Source of the DNA: Xanthobacteraceae bacterium
Lineage (GTDB): Bacteria; Pseudomonadota; Alphaproteobacteria; Rhizobiales; Xanthobacteraceae
Assembly: GCA_050011955.1 (NCBI GenBank)
Contig: JBEKIC010000003.1
Location: 29,835 to 93,834, forward strand
Length of the DNA: 64,000 bases
Direction of reading: 5' to 3'
Below the pieces are notes generated by a model, which saw nothing but the letters and a program-made list of their open reading frames with translations, was not told the DNA's origin and searched no databases. The position numbers were made by a program, and so were the translations under genes. Each line of letters begins with the position of its first letter. The stretch's first letter is position 1. Positions 34,079 to 46,858 of this stretch are shown piece after piece.

Positions 34079-35818
34079 TCAATGCGCGTGTTCGAGGAAC
34101 AGGCGCTTGAGCTCGTTTTTCAGGATCTTGCCGTTGGCATTGCGCGGCAGCATGCCGGACGAAAACAGGATCTTCACCGGGACCTTGAACGCCGCGAGCC
34201 GCTCGGCGACGAATCCGCGTAGTTCGTCTTCGCCCGCCGTCATGCCCGGCTTGAGCGTGACCACCGCGCCCGGCTCTTCGCCGAGCGAGTGATGCAGGAT
34301 GGGCACGACTGCGGCGTCGATGATGGCGGGATGCTCGTAGAGGGCATTCTCGACTTCGATGCAATAGATGTTCTCGCCGCCGCGGATCAGCATGTCCTTG
34401 GCGCGATCGAGGATGTAGCAAAAGCCCTCATCGTCGAGTCTTGCGATGTCGCCGGTGCGCAGCCAGCCGTCGATGAATGTCTCGGCGGTGGCGGCCGGAT
34501 TTCGCCAGTAGCCGCGCACGACGTTCGGGCCCTTGACCCAAAGCTCGCCGACGGCGCCGACCGGCAATTCCCGGCCGTCCGCATCCATGATCTTCATTTC
34601 GCCGACCGGCGTCGCCGGACCGCTGCTGGTCGGCCGCAATTGATAGTCTTCGGCGGAATGGCCGGTGAAGGCGCCGGAAGTTTCGGTCATTCCCCAACCC
34701 AGCGCCGGCGCCGACTGCGGGAATTTTTCCTTTAATTTCGGCACCAGCTCGGCGGCGGCCGGCGCCCCGCCATAGGCGATGCTTTCCAGCGAGGACAGAT
34801 CGTATTTCTCGAGCGCCGGGTGCTCCAGCAATTGCCAGGCGATGGTCGGCACACCGCCGGTGACGGTGATGCGCTCGCGCTCGATGAGTTGCATCGCCAG
34901 TTCCGGGTCCCATTTGTGGATGAAGACAAGCTTGCCGCCGGTCGCCACCAGCGGGATCATCGTGGCATGGCAACCCGTGGTGTGAAAAAGCGGAACCACC
35001 AGCAGACAAGACTTTTGCGGCGCATTGGGATCGGGCGCCGGGACCGGCTCGCCGCGCCGCACGAAGTTTCGCGCCAGGGGATACGCCCTGACCAGCACCC
35101 CGGTGCACGCATTGCGGTGCGTGCCGACGGCGCCTTTCGGTTTCCCCGTCGTGCCCGAGGTGTAAAGAATCGTGGCGTCGTCCTCGGGGTCGAGCGGCAC
35201 GTCCGGCAGCGGCCGGTCCGGCAACAGGTGCCAGGAATTGACGTCGCCGGTGATCGATTCAAGCTTGACGACCTTCGGATGCGCCACGTGCTCGCTCTCG
35301 CGGCTGACGAAAACGCGCTCCAGCGCCGGACAATTGTGCAGATGCTCAAACAGCCGTTCGAGCCGTTCGCGATCGACGATCGCGACCTTGGCACCCGAAT
35401 CGTTGAGACCGTATTCGAGTTCGGGGCCGGTCCACCAGGCATTGAGCAAAGTCGCGACGCCGCCCACCAGTAGACAGCCGAACAATGCGGCAGGCCATTC
35501 CGGGACATTGCGCATGGCGACGGCGACGCGGTCGCCTTTGCCAATTCCGGCCTGCTGCAGCGCCTCGGCGATGGCGAGCGCGGCGCGGGCGAAGCTTTCA
35601 TAGCTCGCGCGCTCGTCGCGATAGACCACGAACGTCCTGTCGCCGTGGGCGCGTCCCAACAGAAAGATGTCGCGCATGGTCGGCGGCGCGTTCTTCCAGA
35701 CGCGCGTGCGGACGCCGCGAATGTCGCGTTCCTCGATCTCGAACGGAGAGCCTGGCCGGGTCAGCGCCGCATTGGCTTGCGCCAGCGAAATGGCTGGGAA
35801 AGTCTTCGCTGCCGCCAT
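34079..35818 (-). CDS. AMP-dependent acyl-CoA synthetase/ligase
   Basis: AMP-binding motif ILYTSGTTGKPKG, plus TGDIARLDDEGF and GKILK. Confidence 0.85.
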   Translation of the reverse strand: MAAAKTFPAISLAQANAALTRPGSPFEIEERDIRGVRTRVWKNAPPTMRDIFLLGRAHGDRTFVVYRDERASYESFARAALAIAEALQQAGIGKGDRVAVAMRNVPEWPAALFGCLLVGGVATLLNAWWTGPELEYGLNDSGAKVAIVDRERLERLFEHLHNCPALERVFVSRESEHVAHPKVVKLESITGDVNSWHLLPDRPLPDVPLDPEDDATILYTSGTTGKPKGAVGTHRNACTGVLVRAYPLARNFVRRGEPVPAPDPNAPQKSCLLVVPLFHTTGCHATMIPLVATGGKLVFIHKWDPELAMQLIERERITVTGGVPTIAWQLLEHPALEKYDLSSLESIAYGGAPAAAELVPKLKEKFPQSAPALGWGMTETSGAFTGHSAEDYQLRPTSSGPATPVGEMKIMDADGRELPVGAVGELWVKGPNVVRGYWRNPAATAETFIDGWLRTGDIARLDDEGFCYILDRAKDMLIRGGENIYCIEVENALYEHPAIIDAAVVPILHHSLGEEPGAVVTLKPGMTAGEDELRGFVAERLAAFKVPVKILFSSGMLPRNANGKILKNELKRLFLEHAH

Positions 35819-35866
35819 GTCTTCTCCCTTACGGTGACGGCGTCCCGCCGAACGACAGTCGGAAGA

Positions 35867-37024
35867 TCAGTAATTGTGCAGCCGGGCAAGGCGGTCGGCG
35901 TGAAAACCGGCGTCGCCAAACAGCTCCTGGCCCACGCGCGCGCGCTTCATGAAGAAGCCGATGTCGAACTCGTCGGTCATGCCAATGCCGCCGTGCATCT
36001 GCACAGCCTCCTGCACCGCGAGCGTCGCGCTGGCGCCGGCACGCGCCTTGGCGACCGAAACGAACAACGGCGCGCGTTCGAAATCGCTGTCGAGCATCTG
36101 CAGCGCCTTCAAGACCGCGGCCTGGGTGATTTCGAGCTCCGTGAACAGGTGGGCCGCGCGATGCTGCAAGGCCTGGAACGAACCGATCGGCTGGCCGAAC
36201 TGCTTGCGCTCCTTGAGGTAGGCGAGCGTGCGACCGAACGCCTCCTCGCCCAGTCCGGTCAGTTCGGCGGCCACGGCGGCGCGGCCGACATTGAGCGCGG
36301 CTTCGAGAACCGTCCAGCCATGATCGACCTCGCCGATCACGGCATCGGCGTCGACCTGGACGCGATCGAACCGGATACGCGCCGCATTGTGGGCGTCGAC
36401 CATGATGGTGCGCTCGACCGCGACGCCGTTGGCCTTGGCGTCGACGAGAAACAGCGTCAGACCGTCGGTCTCGCCCGGCGCGCCGGCGCTGCGCGCCGCG
36501 ACGATCAGCAGATCGGCGACGTGGCCGTCGACGACGAAACATTTGTCGCCGGTCAGCGCGAAGCCGTTGCCGCTGCGTTCGGCCTTGAGCGCCGTTGCGC
36601 TCGGCGCGTGTTTCGTGCGCTCATCGACCGCCAGCGCGACAAGAAGATCGCCGGCGGCGAGTTTCGGCAGGAGCTCAGCGTTGCGGGCGCTGTTGCCGTC
36701 GCGCATAAGCGCCGTGGCGCCGAGCAGCGCCGTCGAGAGAAACGGCGACAGCGTCAGATTGCGGCCGATCTCTTCCATGATCAATCCGGCTTCGACATAG
36801 CCGAGGCCGGAGCCGCCCAAAGCCTCGGGCACGAGGATGCCGCAAAATCCCATCTCGGCAAACGCCTTCCACAGATCGCGGGAAAATCCGCTGGGATCGC
36901 GGGCATCGCGCAGCTTGCGCAAATGCGAGACCGGCGCCTTGGCGGCGAGGAAGGCGCGGGCATTGTCCCGCACCATGGTCTGCTCTTCGTTGAGAATGAG
37001 GGCCATCGTCCGCTCCGCCATCAC
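35867..37024 (-). CDS. acyl-CoA dehydrogenase
   Basis: 385 aa with the ACAD fold signature. C-terminal QMHGGIGMTDE. Confidence 0.85.
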   Translation of the reverse strand: MMAERTMALILNEEQTMVRDNARAFLAAKAPVSHLRKLRDARDPSGFSRDLWKAFAEMGFCGILVPEALGGSGLGYVEAGLIMEEIGRNLTLSPFLSTALLGATALMRDGNSARNAELLPKLAAGDLLVALAVDERTKHAPSATALKAERSGNGFALTGDKCFVVDGHVADLLIVAARSAGAPGETDGLTLFLVDAKANGVAVERTIMVDAHNAARIRFDRVQVDADAVIGEVDHGWTVLEAALNVGRAAVAAELTGLGEEAFGRTLAYLKERKQFGQPIGSFQALQHRAAHLFTELEITQAAVLKALQMLDSDFERAPLFVSVAKARAGASATLAVQEAVQMHGGIGMTDEFDIGFFMKRARVGQELFGDAGFHADRLARLHNY

Positions 37025-38199
37025 GCGCCGGGCAGTTCCAGGATACGCTTGGTAATGACGTTGAGCTGCACTTCGCTGGTGCCGCCTTCGATCGAATTGG
37101 CCTTGGTGCGCAACCAGCCGCGGGCCTGCTCACCGCGGCGGGAGCGTTCGCTTTCCCATTCCAGCGCGTCGGAGCCGCCCGCCGACATCAGAAGCTCATG
37201 CCGCCGCTTGTTCAACTCGGCGCCGTAATATTTGAGCATGGACGAAATGGCCGGGCTCGCCTGCTTGGCCTTCAAGAGGTCGCCGGTCCGCTCCAGCGCG
37301 AGCTGAAACGCCAGCGCGTCGATCTCGAACCGCGCAATATCGGTGCGCAGACAGGTGTCCGCGAGCACGCCGTCGTCGCTGCCGAGCGAATCGGCGGCGA
37401 TCTGCCCGAGCGGGCGCCCTGCCCCCAGCCCGATGGCGCTGATCATCTCGCGCTCGTGGGTCAACAGATATTTGGCGACCTCCCAGCCCTTGTTGAGCTC
37501 GCCGACCACGTTCGCCTTGGGCACCCGCACGTCGTCGAAGAAGGTCTCGCAGAACGGCGACATTCCGGAAATCAGCAGGATCGGCTTGGTGGAGACGCCC
37601 GTCGTCTTCATGTCGAACAGGATGAAGCTGATGCCAAGATGCTTGGGCGCCGCCGGATCGGTGCGCACCAGACAAAAGATCCAGTCGGCCTTGTCGGCGT
37701 AGCTGGTCCAGGTTTTTTGACCGTTGACCAGAAAATGATCGCTCTTGTCCTCGGCCCGCGTCGCCAGCGAAGCGAGATCCGAGCCGGAATTGGGCTCCGA
37801 ATAGCCTTGGCACCAGCGGATTTCGCCGCGCGCAATCTGCGGCAGATATTCGCGCTTTTGCGCCTCCGTGCCGTATTTAAGCAGTGCCGGGCCGAGCATC
37901 CAGATGCCGAACGAATCCAGCGGCGAGCGGCAGCCGAGCTTGCGCATTTCGCCGCGCAGGATCTTGCCCTCCTCGCGCGACAGCCCGCCGCCGCCATATT
38001 CTTTCGGCCATTCCGGCACGGTCCAGCCGCGCGCCAGCATGCGTTCGAACCACAGACGCTGGCCGTCGGACTTGAACTTGGCGTTGCGCCCGCCCCAGAA
38101 GCGATCGTCGTCGTCTTCCAACGGCAGCCGCATGTCGGGCGGACAATTGGCCTCAAGCCAGGCGCGCGTTTCACTGCGGAATTTTTCGAGATCGGACAT
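37021..38199 (-). CDS. acyl-CoA dehydrogenase
   Basis: Start at MSDLEKF (ATG at 38199, SD GGGAGA). Contains WCQGYSEPNSGSDLA and IEGGTSEVQ. Overlaps the downstream ACAD by 4 nt. Confidence 0.85.
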   Translation of the reverse strand: MSDLEKFRSETRAWLEANCPPDMRLPLEDDDDRFWGGRNAKFKSDGQRLWFERMLARGWTVPEWPKEYGGGGLSREEGKILRGEMRKLGCRSPLDSFGIWMLGPALLKYGTEAQKREYLPQIARGEIRWCQGYSEPNSGSDLASLATRAEDKSDHFLVNGQKTWTSYADKADWIFCLVRTDPAAPKHLGISFILFDMKTTGVSTKPILLISGMSPFCETFFDDVRVPKANVVGELNKGWEVAKYLLTHEREMISAIGLGAGRPLGQIAADSLGSDDGVLADTCLRTDIARFEIDALAFQLALERTGDLLKAKQASPAISSMLKYYGAELNKRRHELLMSAGGSDALEWESERSRRGEQARGWLRTKANSIEGGTSEVQLNVITKRILELPGA

Positions 38200-38243
38200 C
38201 GGCCCATTCTCCCTCGCGGCTGGCGCCGCCGCGCTCGTCGCGA

Positions 38244-39011
38244 TCAGGCAATCGTAACGCCGCCATCGACGACGATGGCTTGCCCGGTGATAAAGCTTCC
38301 CGCCTGCGAGGCCAAGAGGATCGCGGCGCCGGCGATCTCGTCGGGCTCGCCGATGCGGCGCAGCGGCGTCTGTTCGTTCCGGCGTTGCAGATTGTCGGGA
38401 TTTTCCCAGAGCGCGCGCGCGAAGTCGGTGCGAATGAGGCCGGGAGCGATACAATTGATGCGAACGTTGTGCGGACCAAGCTCGACCGCAAGATTGCGGG
38501 CGAGCTGCAAGTCGGCGGCCTTGGAGATGCAATAGGCGCCGATGACCGGGCTACCCCGGAGACCGCCGATGGACGAGACGATGATGATCGAGCCGTCCTT
38601 GCGGGCGGTCATCTGCGGCGCCACCATCGTGATCAGCCAATGATTGGATACAATGTTGTTATCAAGGATCTTGCGCAGCTGCTCGTCGCTGATCGTCGCC
38701 ATCGGCCCGTAATGCGGATTGGAGGCGGCGTTGCAGACGAGGATGTCGATTTGGCCGAACGCCCGCATCGTCTCGTCGACCAGGCGCTGCAGGTGCTCTT
38801 TCGAGGAAATGTTGGCCGATACGGCGATGGCGCGGCCATCGCCGTATTTCGCGTTGATCGCAGCCGCCACCTCGCGGCAGGGTTCTATGTTGCGCGAGGA
38901 GACGACGACCTTGGCGCCGTGCTCGGCCATCCGCTCGACAATAGCGCGGCCGATGCCCCGCGATGATCCTGTGACCACCGCAACCCTGCCATGAAGGTCA
39001 AATAGCGACAC
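38244..39011 (-). CDS. SDR-family oxidoreductase
   Basis: TGSSRGIGRA, NAA, and YCISKAA (YxxxK). Confidence 0.85.
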   Translation of the reverse strand: MSLFDLHGRVAVVTGSSRGIGRAIVERMAEHGAKVVVSSRNIEPCREVAAAINAKYGDGRAIAVSANISSKEHLQRLVDETMRAFGQIDILVCNAASNPHYGPMATISDEQLRKILDNNIVSNHWLITMVAPQMTARKDGSIIIVSSIGGLRGSPVIGAYCISKAADLQLARNLAVELGPHNVRINCIAPGLIRTDFARALWENPDNLQRRNEQTPLRRIGEPDEIAGAAILLASQAGSFITGQAIVVDGGVTIA

Positions 39012-39099
39012 GAAAGTTCCTCCCGGTCCGCGTATTATGTATCTTGCGGGCCAGCTTATTCAGACCGCAGCAACCCGGCAAGCCAAAGGGAAACGAACA

Positions 39100-41178
39100 A
39101 TGGCCGCCATCAACGCCGTAACCGATCTCACTCGCGAAGGCGATATCGCCGTACTCACGATCGATTCACCGCCGGTCAACGCCCTGTCGGCGGACGTCCG
39201 CACCGGCCTTCGCGACGGCGTCGGGCAGGCCATGGCCGACCCCGCGGTCAAGGCCATCGTGTTGATTTGCGCCGGCCGCACCTTCATCGCCGGCGCCGAT
39301 ATTGCCGAATTCGGCAAGCCGCCAAAAGGCGCTCCCCTCACCGACAGCCAGGCCGCGATCGAAGGCGGCAGCAAACCGGTCATCGCCGCGATCCACGGCA
39401 CGGCTCTGGGCGGCGGTTTCGAAGTGGCCCTCCTGTGCCACTATCGGGTCGCCGTGCCATCGGCGAGATTCGGCTTGCCCGAGATCAAGCTCGGAATCAT
39501 TCCCGGCGCCGGCGGGACGCAGCGGCTGCCGCGGCTGATCGGGGTCGAGAATGCGCTAGAAGCCATTCTTTCCGGCACGCCGTTTCCCGCGAAGCAGGCC
39601 CTGCAGTGGGGCGTCGTCGACGAGCTTGTCGAAGAAGGAAAATTGCGTGAGGGGGCGGTCGCCTTCGCTCGCAAGGTCATCGACACGCGCATGCCGTTGT
39701 GTAAAGTCCGCGATCTCACCGACAAGATCGAAGCGGCCCGCGGCCGGCCGGAGATTTTCGAGAAAGTCCGCCGCGACAACGCCCGCAAATTCCGCGGCTT
39801 CGAAGCCTGGCAGAGTGCCTTGCGCGCGGTGCAGGCCGCCGTCGACTTGCCGTTCGAAGCGGGAATGCAACGCGAGCGCGAGGAGTTTCTTAATCTCGTC
39901 ACGACGCCGCAATCGCAGGCGCAGCGCTACGTATTCTTCGCCGAGCGCAAGGTGTGGAAGATCGCCGACGTGCCGGACGATACGCCTACGCTGCCGATCA
40001 AGAAGGTCGGCGTCATCGGCGCCGGCACGATGGGCGGCGGCATCTCGATGAATTTCCTCAACGCCGGCATTCCAGTAGCCATCGTCGAAACCGCGCGGGA
40101 TGCGCTCGACCGCGGCGTCGCCACCATCCGCCGCAACTACGACAACACCGCCAAGAAGGGTCGGCTGACGCAAGCCGACGTGCAAACCCGCATGGGGTTG
40201 CTCAGCCCCGGCATGAACCTCGACGCATTATCTGACTGCGATCTCGTGATCGAGGCGGTTTACGAGAATATGGACATCAAGAAGGACTTATTCCGCAAGC
40301 TCGACAAGATCGCCAAGCCAGGCGCGATCCTGGCGTCCAACACCTCTTACCTCAACATCGACGAGATCGCCTCGGTGACAAGCCGGCCGGATCACGTCAT
40401 CGGCATGCACTTCTTCTCTCCGGCGAACGTGATGCGGCTTCTGGAAGTCGTGCGCGGCGAGAAGACTGCCAAGCCGGTGATCGCCACCGTCATGCAGCTG
40501 GCCAGGAAGATCGGCAAGATCGGCGTGCTGGTCGGCGTGTGTCACGGCTTCGTCGGCAATCGCATGCTGCACCAGCGCCAGCGCGAGGCGCAAAAACTCA
40601 TCCTCGAGGGCGCCATGCCTTGGGACGTCGACCGCGTCATTTACGATTTCGGTCTCCCCATGGGTCCGTTCGCCATGAGCGATCTCGCCGGCCTCGACAT
40701 CGGCTGGTCGAAAGAGACGAGCAAATCCTCGACCATTCGGGAAATCCTTTGCGAGATGGACCGGCGCGGGCAAAAGACCGGCGCCGGCTTCTACGACTAT
40801 GACGAGGCGCGCAATGCCAAGCCCTCGCCGCTTGTCGAAAAGATCATCCTCGACTTCGCCGCCAAGAAGGGCGTCAACCGGCGCACCATTTCCGACGACG
40901 AGATTTTGCAGCGCTGCATCTATCCGATGATCAATGAAGGCGCCAAGATCCTCGAAGAGGGCAAGGCGCAGCGCGCCTCCGACATCGATATCGTCTGGAT
41001 CAACGGCTACGGCTGGCCGGTCTATCGCGGCGGCCCGATGTTTTACGCCGATCTGATCGGTCCCGACAAAGTCCTCGCCAAACTGCGGGAGTTCGAAGCG
41101 ACCATGGGCGCCGACTTCACGCCGGCCCCGCTGCTCGAAAGGGTTGTCGCGGAAAAGAAGCGCTTCCAGGATCTGTAG
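39100..41178 (+). CDS. bifunctional enoyl-CoA hydratase / 3-hydroxyacyl-CoA dehydrogenase (FadB/FadJ-like)
   Basis: Crotonase N-terminus ([16 protein letters not shown]) and NAD-binding [13 protein letters not shown]. Confidence 0.85.
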   Translation: MAAINAVTDLTREGDIAVLTIDSPPVNALSADVRTGLRDGVGQAMADPAVKAIVLICAGRTFIAGADIAEFGKPPKGAPLTDSQAAIEGGSKPVIAAIHGTALGGGFEVALLCHYRVAVPSARFGLPEIKLGIIPGAGGTQRLPRLIGVENALEAILSGTPFPAKQALQWGVVDELVEEGKLREGAVAFARKVIDTRMPLCKVRDLTDKIEAARGRPEIFEKVRRDNARKFRGFEAWQSALRAVQAAVDLPFEAGMQREREEFLNLVTTPQSQAQRYVFFAERKVWKIADVPDDTPTLPIKKVGVIGAGTMGGGISMNFLNAGIPVAIVETARDALDRGVATIRRNYDNTAKKGRLTQADVQTRMGLLSPGMNLDALSDCDLVIEAVYENMDIKKDLFRKLDKIAKPGAILASNTSYLNIDEIASVTSRPDHVIGMHFFSPANVMRLLEVVRGEKTAKPVIATVMQLARKIGKIGVLVGVCHGFVGNRMLHQRQREAQKLILEGAMPWDVDRVIYDFGLPMGPFAMSDLAGLDIGWSKETSKSSTIREILCEMDRRGQKTGAGFYDYDEARNAKPSPLVEKIILDFAAKKGVNRRTISDDEILQRCIYPMINEGAKILEEGKAQRASDIDIVWINGYGWPVYRGGPMFYADLIGPDKVLAKLREFEATMGADFTPAPLLERVVAEKKRFQDL

Positions 41179-41190
41179 CCGATAGGTTCG

Positions 41191-42156
41191 ATGGACGGGA
41201 TGGCCGAAACGCGCCGGCACGAAAAGTACGATGCTCTGATCTACGCCTGCCATGCGCTGGCGCCGGTGCGTACCGCCGTGGCGCATCCGTGCGACGAGAC
41301 TTCGCTGCGCGGCGCGGTCGAAGCGGCCGAGGCCAAGATCATCAAACCGGTGCTGGTCGGGCCCGCGGCCCGCATCCGGGGGCTCGCGGCTTCCTTCGGC
41401 CTCGACCTTACCGGACTGCAACTCGTCGACACGCCGCACAGCCATGCCTCGGCGGCGAAGGCGGTCGAGATCGTCCGCAACGGCGAAGTCGATGCGTTGA
41501 TGAAGGGCAGCCTCCATACCGACGAGCTGATGGCCGAAGTCGTCAACAAGGAGACCGGCATCCGCACCGCGCGCCGCATCAGCCACGTCTTCATCATGGA
41601 CGTGCCGACCTATCCCAAGCCGCTTTTCATCACCGACGCGGCGGTGAACATTTTTCCGACGCTCGAAGACAAGGTCGACATCGTTCAGAATGCGATCGAG
41701 CTGGCCCAGGCGCTGGGCATCAAGCAGCCGAAAGTCGCCATCCTCTCCGCGGTCGAAACCATCACTTCGAAAATGCCCTCGACGATCGATGCCGCCGCGC
41801 TTTGCAAGATGGCCGACCGCGACCAGATCATCGGCGGGTTGCTCGACGGCCCGCTCGCGCTCGATAACGCCATCGATCGCGCCGCGGCGGCCGTCAAGCA
41901 CATCGCCTCGCCGGTCGCCGGCGACGCTGACATCCTGCTGGTTCCCAACCTCGAAGCCGGCAACATGCTCGCCAAGGAGCTGACCTTCCTCGCCAACGCC
42001 GATGCCGCCGGCATCGTGCTCGGCGCCCGGGTGCCGATCATCCTGACCAGCCGCGCCGACAATGTGCGCACCCGGATGGCAAGCTGCGCCGTCGCGGCGC
42101 TCTACGCCCACGCCCGCCGCGTCGCCGCCGCCGACATCGGCAAGCTCGCGGATTGA
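41191..42156 (+). CDS. phosphate acetyl/butyryl-transferase (PTA_PTB family)
   Basis: VDALMKGSLHTDE..., AVNIFP, GPLALDNA, LLVPNLEAGN. Confidence 0.8.
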   Translation: MDGMAETRRHEKYDALIYACHALAPVRTAVAHPCDETSLRGAVEAAEAKIIKPVLVGPAARIRGLAASFGLDLTGLQLVDTPHSHASAAKAVEIVRNGEVDALMKGSLHTDELMAEVVNKETGIRTARRISHVFIMDVPTYPKPLFITDAAVNIFPTLEDKVDIVQNAIELAQALGIKQPKVAILSAVETITSKMPSTIDAAALCKMADRDQIIGGLLDGPLALDNAIDRAAAAVKHIASPVAGDADILLVPNLEAGNMLAKELTFLANADAAGIVLGARVPIILTSRADNVRTRMASCAVAALYAHARRVAAADIGKLAD

Positions 42157-43370
42157 GCGCCGTGCGCGAGCCGCTCCTGGTGATCAACGCCGGCTCGTCG
42201 AGCATAAAATTCTCGATCTTCGAGACGGCGCCGGATCGATCGCTTGCCGCCGGCGCGCATGGCCAAGTCGAGGGGCTCGGAGCGGCAGCCGGAACGCCGG
42301 CACGGATCGAGGTCGCCGATGCGCAAGGACGTCAGTTGGTCGAAGAGCCGATCGCCGGCCATGATCACCACAGCGCGATGGCGGCCATTCATGACTGGTT
42401 CGCGGCCCATGTCGGCAGCGAGGCCGCCTTTGCGGGGGTCGGCCATCGCGTGGTCCATGGCGGCCTCGCTTATGCGAAGCCGGTGCTGATCGATGACAAG
42501 GTGCTCGCCGCGATCGAGGAATTGGTGCCGCTGGCGCCGCTGCACCAGCCGCACAATATCGCCGCGATCCGCGCGGTCAGCGCCATCGCACCCAAAGTGC
42601 CGCAGGTCGCCTGTTTCGACACCGCCTTTCATCGCAGCGCGCCGCCACTCGCACAGGAATTCGCCTTGCCGCGGGCGCTCACCGCCAAAGGGGTGCGCCG
42701 TTACGGCTTCCATGGCTTGTCCTACGAATACATCATGTCGGTCGTGCCGCAGGTTGCGCCCGACTGCGCCGGCGGCAAATTGATCGTCGCTCATCTCGGC
42801 AACGGCGCTAGCATGTGCGCGATCGCGGCAGGCCGCAGTATCGCCACCACCATGGGGCTGACCGCCCTGGACGGCCTGCCGATGGGGACGCGCACCGGCG
42901 CGCTCGATCCCGGCGTCATCCTTTATCTGCTGCAGCACGAGGGGATGGATGCGAAAGCCGTCGAGCACCTGATCTACGAGCATTCCGGATTGCTCGGCGT
43001 CTCCGGCCTGTCGTCCGACATGCGCACCTTGCTCGCGAGCGATCTGCCGGCGGCGAAGGAGGCGGTCGATCTCTTCGTCTACCGCATCGGCCGCGAGCTC
43101 GGCTCGCTCGCGGCGGCGCTCGGCGGGCTCGATGCCCTCGTCTTCACCGCCGGCATCGGCGAGCACGCCGTCGAGATTCGCGCGCGCGTCTGCAAAGACG
43201 CCGAATGGATCGGGATCTTACTCGACGACAAGGCCAATGAAGCCGGCGGCCCGCGCATTTCGCGGCCGGCTTCCAAGGTTTCGGCATGGGTCATCCCGAC
43301 TGACGAGAACCTGATGATAGCGCGCCATACCAGGCAGGTGCTCGACGCCGAGAGTGCGCGTTATTCTTAG
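42153..43370 (+). CDS. ackA: acetate/propionate kinase
   Basis: LVINAGSSSIKFS, VGHRVVHGG, CFDTAFH, HLGNGAS, FTAGIGE. Confidence 0.85.
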   Translation: MSAVREPLLVINAGSSSIKFSIFETAPDRSLAAGAHGQVEGLGAAAGTPARIEVADAQGRQLVEEPIAGHDHHSAMAAIHDWFAAHVGSEAAFAGVGHRVVHGGLAYAKPVLIDDKVLAAIEELVPLAPLHQPHNIAAIRAVSAIAPKVPQVACFDTAFHRSAPPLAQEFALPRALTAKGVRRYGFHGLSYEYIMSVVPQVAPDCAGGKLIVAHLGNGASMCAIAAGRSIATTMGLTALDGLPMGTRTGALDPGVILYLLQHEGMDAKAVEHLIYEHSGLLGVSGLSSDMRTLLASDLPAAKEAVDLFVYRIGRELGSLAAALGGLDALVFTAGIGEHAVEIRARVCKDAEWIGILLDDKANEAGGPRISRPASKVSAWVIPTDENLMIARHTRQVLDAESARYS

Positions 43371-43460
43371 AACCATGAATGACCGAAGATCGCCTTTCGC
43401 TCGGCGACCCTGGCGGCGAGATTTGAGGTACGTCAAAGCTGAAATCGCAAGAGGAAATAG

Positions 43461-44913
<1,453 letters not shown>

Positions 44914-44917
<4 letters not shown>

Positions 44918-45366
44918 AGCTGACCGTGACCACACCGCTGGCGATCATCGTGCAAGCCGACGGCGTCGCCCATCTTCGCGCCGAGGATGAAACTGGCGCT
45001 TTCGGTATCCTGCCAGGCCACGCCGATTTTCTGACCGCACTTTCCGTGTCCGTCGTGAGCTGGCGCTGTCGGCGCGGCGCCGAACATCATCTAGCCGTCC
45101 GCGGCGGCATGCTCGAGGTGCGCGGCGGCGCGGCTATCGCCATCGCCACCCGCGAAGCGGTTGCCGATGACGATCTGCATCACCTTGAAACCGAAGTGCT
45201 CACGACGTTCCGGCGCCGCGCGGAGGAAGAGCTTACGGCGCACACCGATGCGCAGCGCCTTTATCTCGCCGCCATCCGTCAGATTTACCGCCTTCTCAAG
45301 CCCGAGCACTTGCCTTCCGCAATGGCGAGGCCGGGCGCCCTGTCGCAAGAACCGCTTGAGCAATGA
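44914..45366 (+). CDS. atpC: ATP synthase epsilon subunit
   Basis: [16 protein letters not shown]. Overlaps neighbours by 4 nt. Confidence 0.8.
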
Positions 45367-45647
45367 CCCAGCAGGGCGACAACCATGACGGATTGGGGCG
45401 GGCTGTCAGAACACGGCAGCAGCGACGCGAGCGCTGGCAGCGCGAAGGCGAGCGTTCGCTCGGTCAGAACCTCGCGATGATCGGCGCCCTCGGCTGGACG
45501 ATCGTCCTACCGACCTTGATCGGCATTTTCGCCGGCCGCTGGCTTGATCGTTATTTCAGTTCCGGAATTTTCTGGACCCTCGGTTTGCTGGCGGCAGGTC
45601 TCGCCGTCGGTTGCACCTTTGCTTGGAAGAGAATGTACAGCGAATGA
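45363..45647 (+). CDS. atpQ: AtpZ/AtpI-like small membrane protein (N-ATPase AtpQ)
   Basis: Two TM helices. Position is as in atpDCQRBEFAG operons. Confidence 0.65.
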   Translation: MTQQGDNHDGLGRAVRTRQQRRERWQREGERSLGQNLAMIGALGWTIVLPTLIGIFAGRWLDRYFSSGIFWTLGLLAAGLAVGCTFAWKRMYSE

Positions 45648-45931
45648 CCGACGCCGCGCCGATCCTCAACGCTGGTCTCATGATGATGATGGCCTCCGCC
45701 GGCGCCGTCTTCGGCCTTCTTTACTTTGCCATGCTGAGGTGGACCGTCACCTTCTTCACTGCGGGCGGCGGCTGGCTCGGGCCTCTGGCCCTCACGCTCG
45801 GGCGCATCGGCGCCGCAGTCGTCTTTCTTGGTATTGCCGCACGCCTCGGTGCCGCCCCGCTGCTGGCTTTATTCCTTGGCTTTCTGCTGGCGCGCACAGT
45901 TGCGTTGCGTTCGGCGCGAAGGAGCGGCTGA
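45644..45931 (+). CDS. atpR: N-ATPase AtpR membrane protein
   Basis: 95 aa with 3 TM helices. ATGA overlaps on both sides. Confidence 0.6.
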   Translation: MTDAAPILNAGLMMMMASAGAVFGLLYFAMLRWTVTFFTAGGGWLGPLALTLGRIGAAVVFLGIAARLGAAPLLALFLGFLLARTVALRSARRSG

Positions 45932-46602
45932 TGCCGGCCTCACCGCTGACCAGTACCGTCCTGTTCCACCTCGGTCCTGTGGCGATCACGCGGCCGGTGG
46001 CGACGACCTGGGTCATCATGCTCGTTCTGACAGCCGCGTGCTGGCGGGCGACACGACGCCTGCAAATGCGTCCGAATGAGCGCCAGGCTGTGCTCGAGAT
46101 TCTGGTTACCGGCATCATCGGTCAGATCGAGGACGTCATCGACAAGGACGCCCGACCTTTTCTGCCTTTGCTCGGTACATTGTTTATTTTTCTTGCGGTG
46201 GCCAATCTGAGCGGCGTGTTGCCCGGTGTCGAAGCGCCGACCGCCAAGCTGGAGACGCCGGCGGCGCTGGCGCTCATCGTGTTTTTCTCCGTCCATTATT
46301 TCGGCGTGCGCGCGCGCGGATTTGGCGGCTACCTCGCCAGCTTTGCCGAGCCCAAGCTCATGATGCTGCCGCTCAACATCCTGTCGGAGGTGACGCGGAC
46401 GTTCTCAATGATGATACGGCTCTTCGGCAATGTCATGAGCGGCGAATTCATCATTGCGCTGGTGGTGGCGCTGGCCGGCCTGTTCGTGCCGATTCCGCTC
46501 ATGGTTCTCGAGATTCTGGTCGGCCTCGTCCAGGCATACATCTTCACCATACTTGCAACGGTCTTCATCGGCGCCGCCGTGGGCAACGTCGAGAAGAGAT
46601 AA
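45931..46602 (+). CDS. atpB: ATP synthase F0 subunit a
   Basis: [25 protein letters not shown] contains the conserved Arg region. Confidence 0.85.
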   Translation: MPASPLTSTVLFHLGPVAITRPVATTWVIMLVLTAACWRATRRLQMRPNERQAVLEILVTGIIGQIEDVIDKDARPFLPLLGTLFIFLAVANLSGVLPGVEAPTAKLETPAALALIVFFSVHYFGVRARGFGGYLASFAEPKLMMLPLNILSEVTRTFSMMIRLFGNVMSGEFIIALVVALAGLFVPIPLMVLEILVGLVQAYIFTILATVFIGAAVGNVEKR

Positions 46603-46612
46603 AGGAGGTTCC

Positions 46613-46855
46613 ATGGACACCAAGCTCATTTCGATTATCGGCGCGGTTGTCGCCGTCTCGATCGGTTCGATCGGTCCGGCGCTAGCCGAAGGACGCTCGG
46701 TAGCTGCGGCGATGGACGCCATCGCGCGTCAGCCTGAGGCAGCTGGCACCGTCTCGCGCACGCTTTTCGTCGGTCTCGCGATGATCGAGACAATGGCGAT
46801 CTATTGTCTAGTGGTGGCGTTGCTGCTGCTGTTTGCCAATCCCTACGCAGGCTGA
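46613..46855 (+). CDS. atpE: ATP synthase F0 subunit c with Na+-type ligand pattern (E..ET..Y)
   Basis: [18 protein letters not shown]...ARQPE...AMIETMAIY aligns with Ilyobacter c at Q32->E, E65, S66->T, Y70. Confidence 0.8.
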   Translation: MDTKLISIIGAVVAVSIGSIGPALAEGRSVAAAMDAIARQPEAAGTVSRTLFVGLAMIETMAIYCLVVALLLLFANPYAG

Positions 46856-46858
46856 CCG

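Noticed and set aside
32807-42111. Long antisense or alternative-frame ORFs in the GC-rich core (for example 32807-33913 -, 33001-33996 +, 35645-37228 +, 37198-38535 +, 40288-42111 -).
   Set aside because: These are Arg/Ala/Gly/Pro-rich shadow ORFs overlapping well-supported enzymes on the other strand or frame. This is typical of high-GC DNA.
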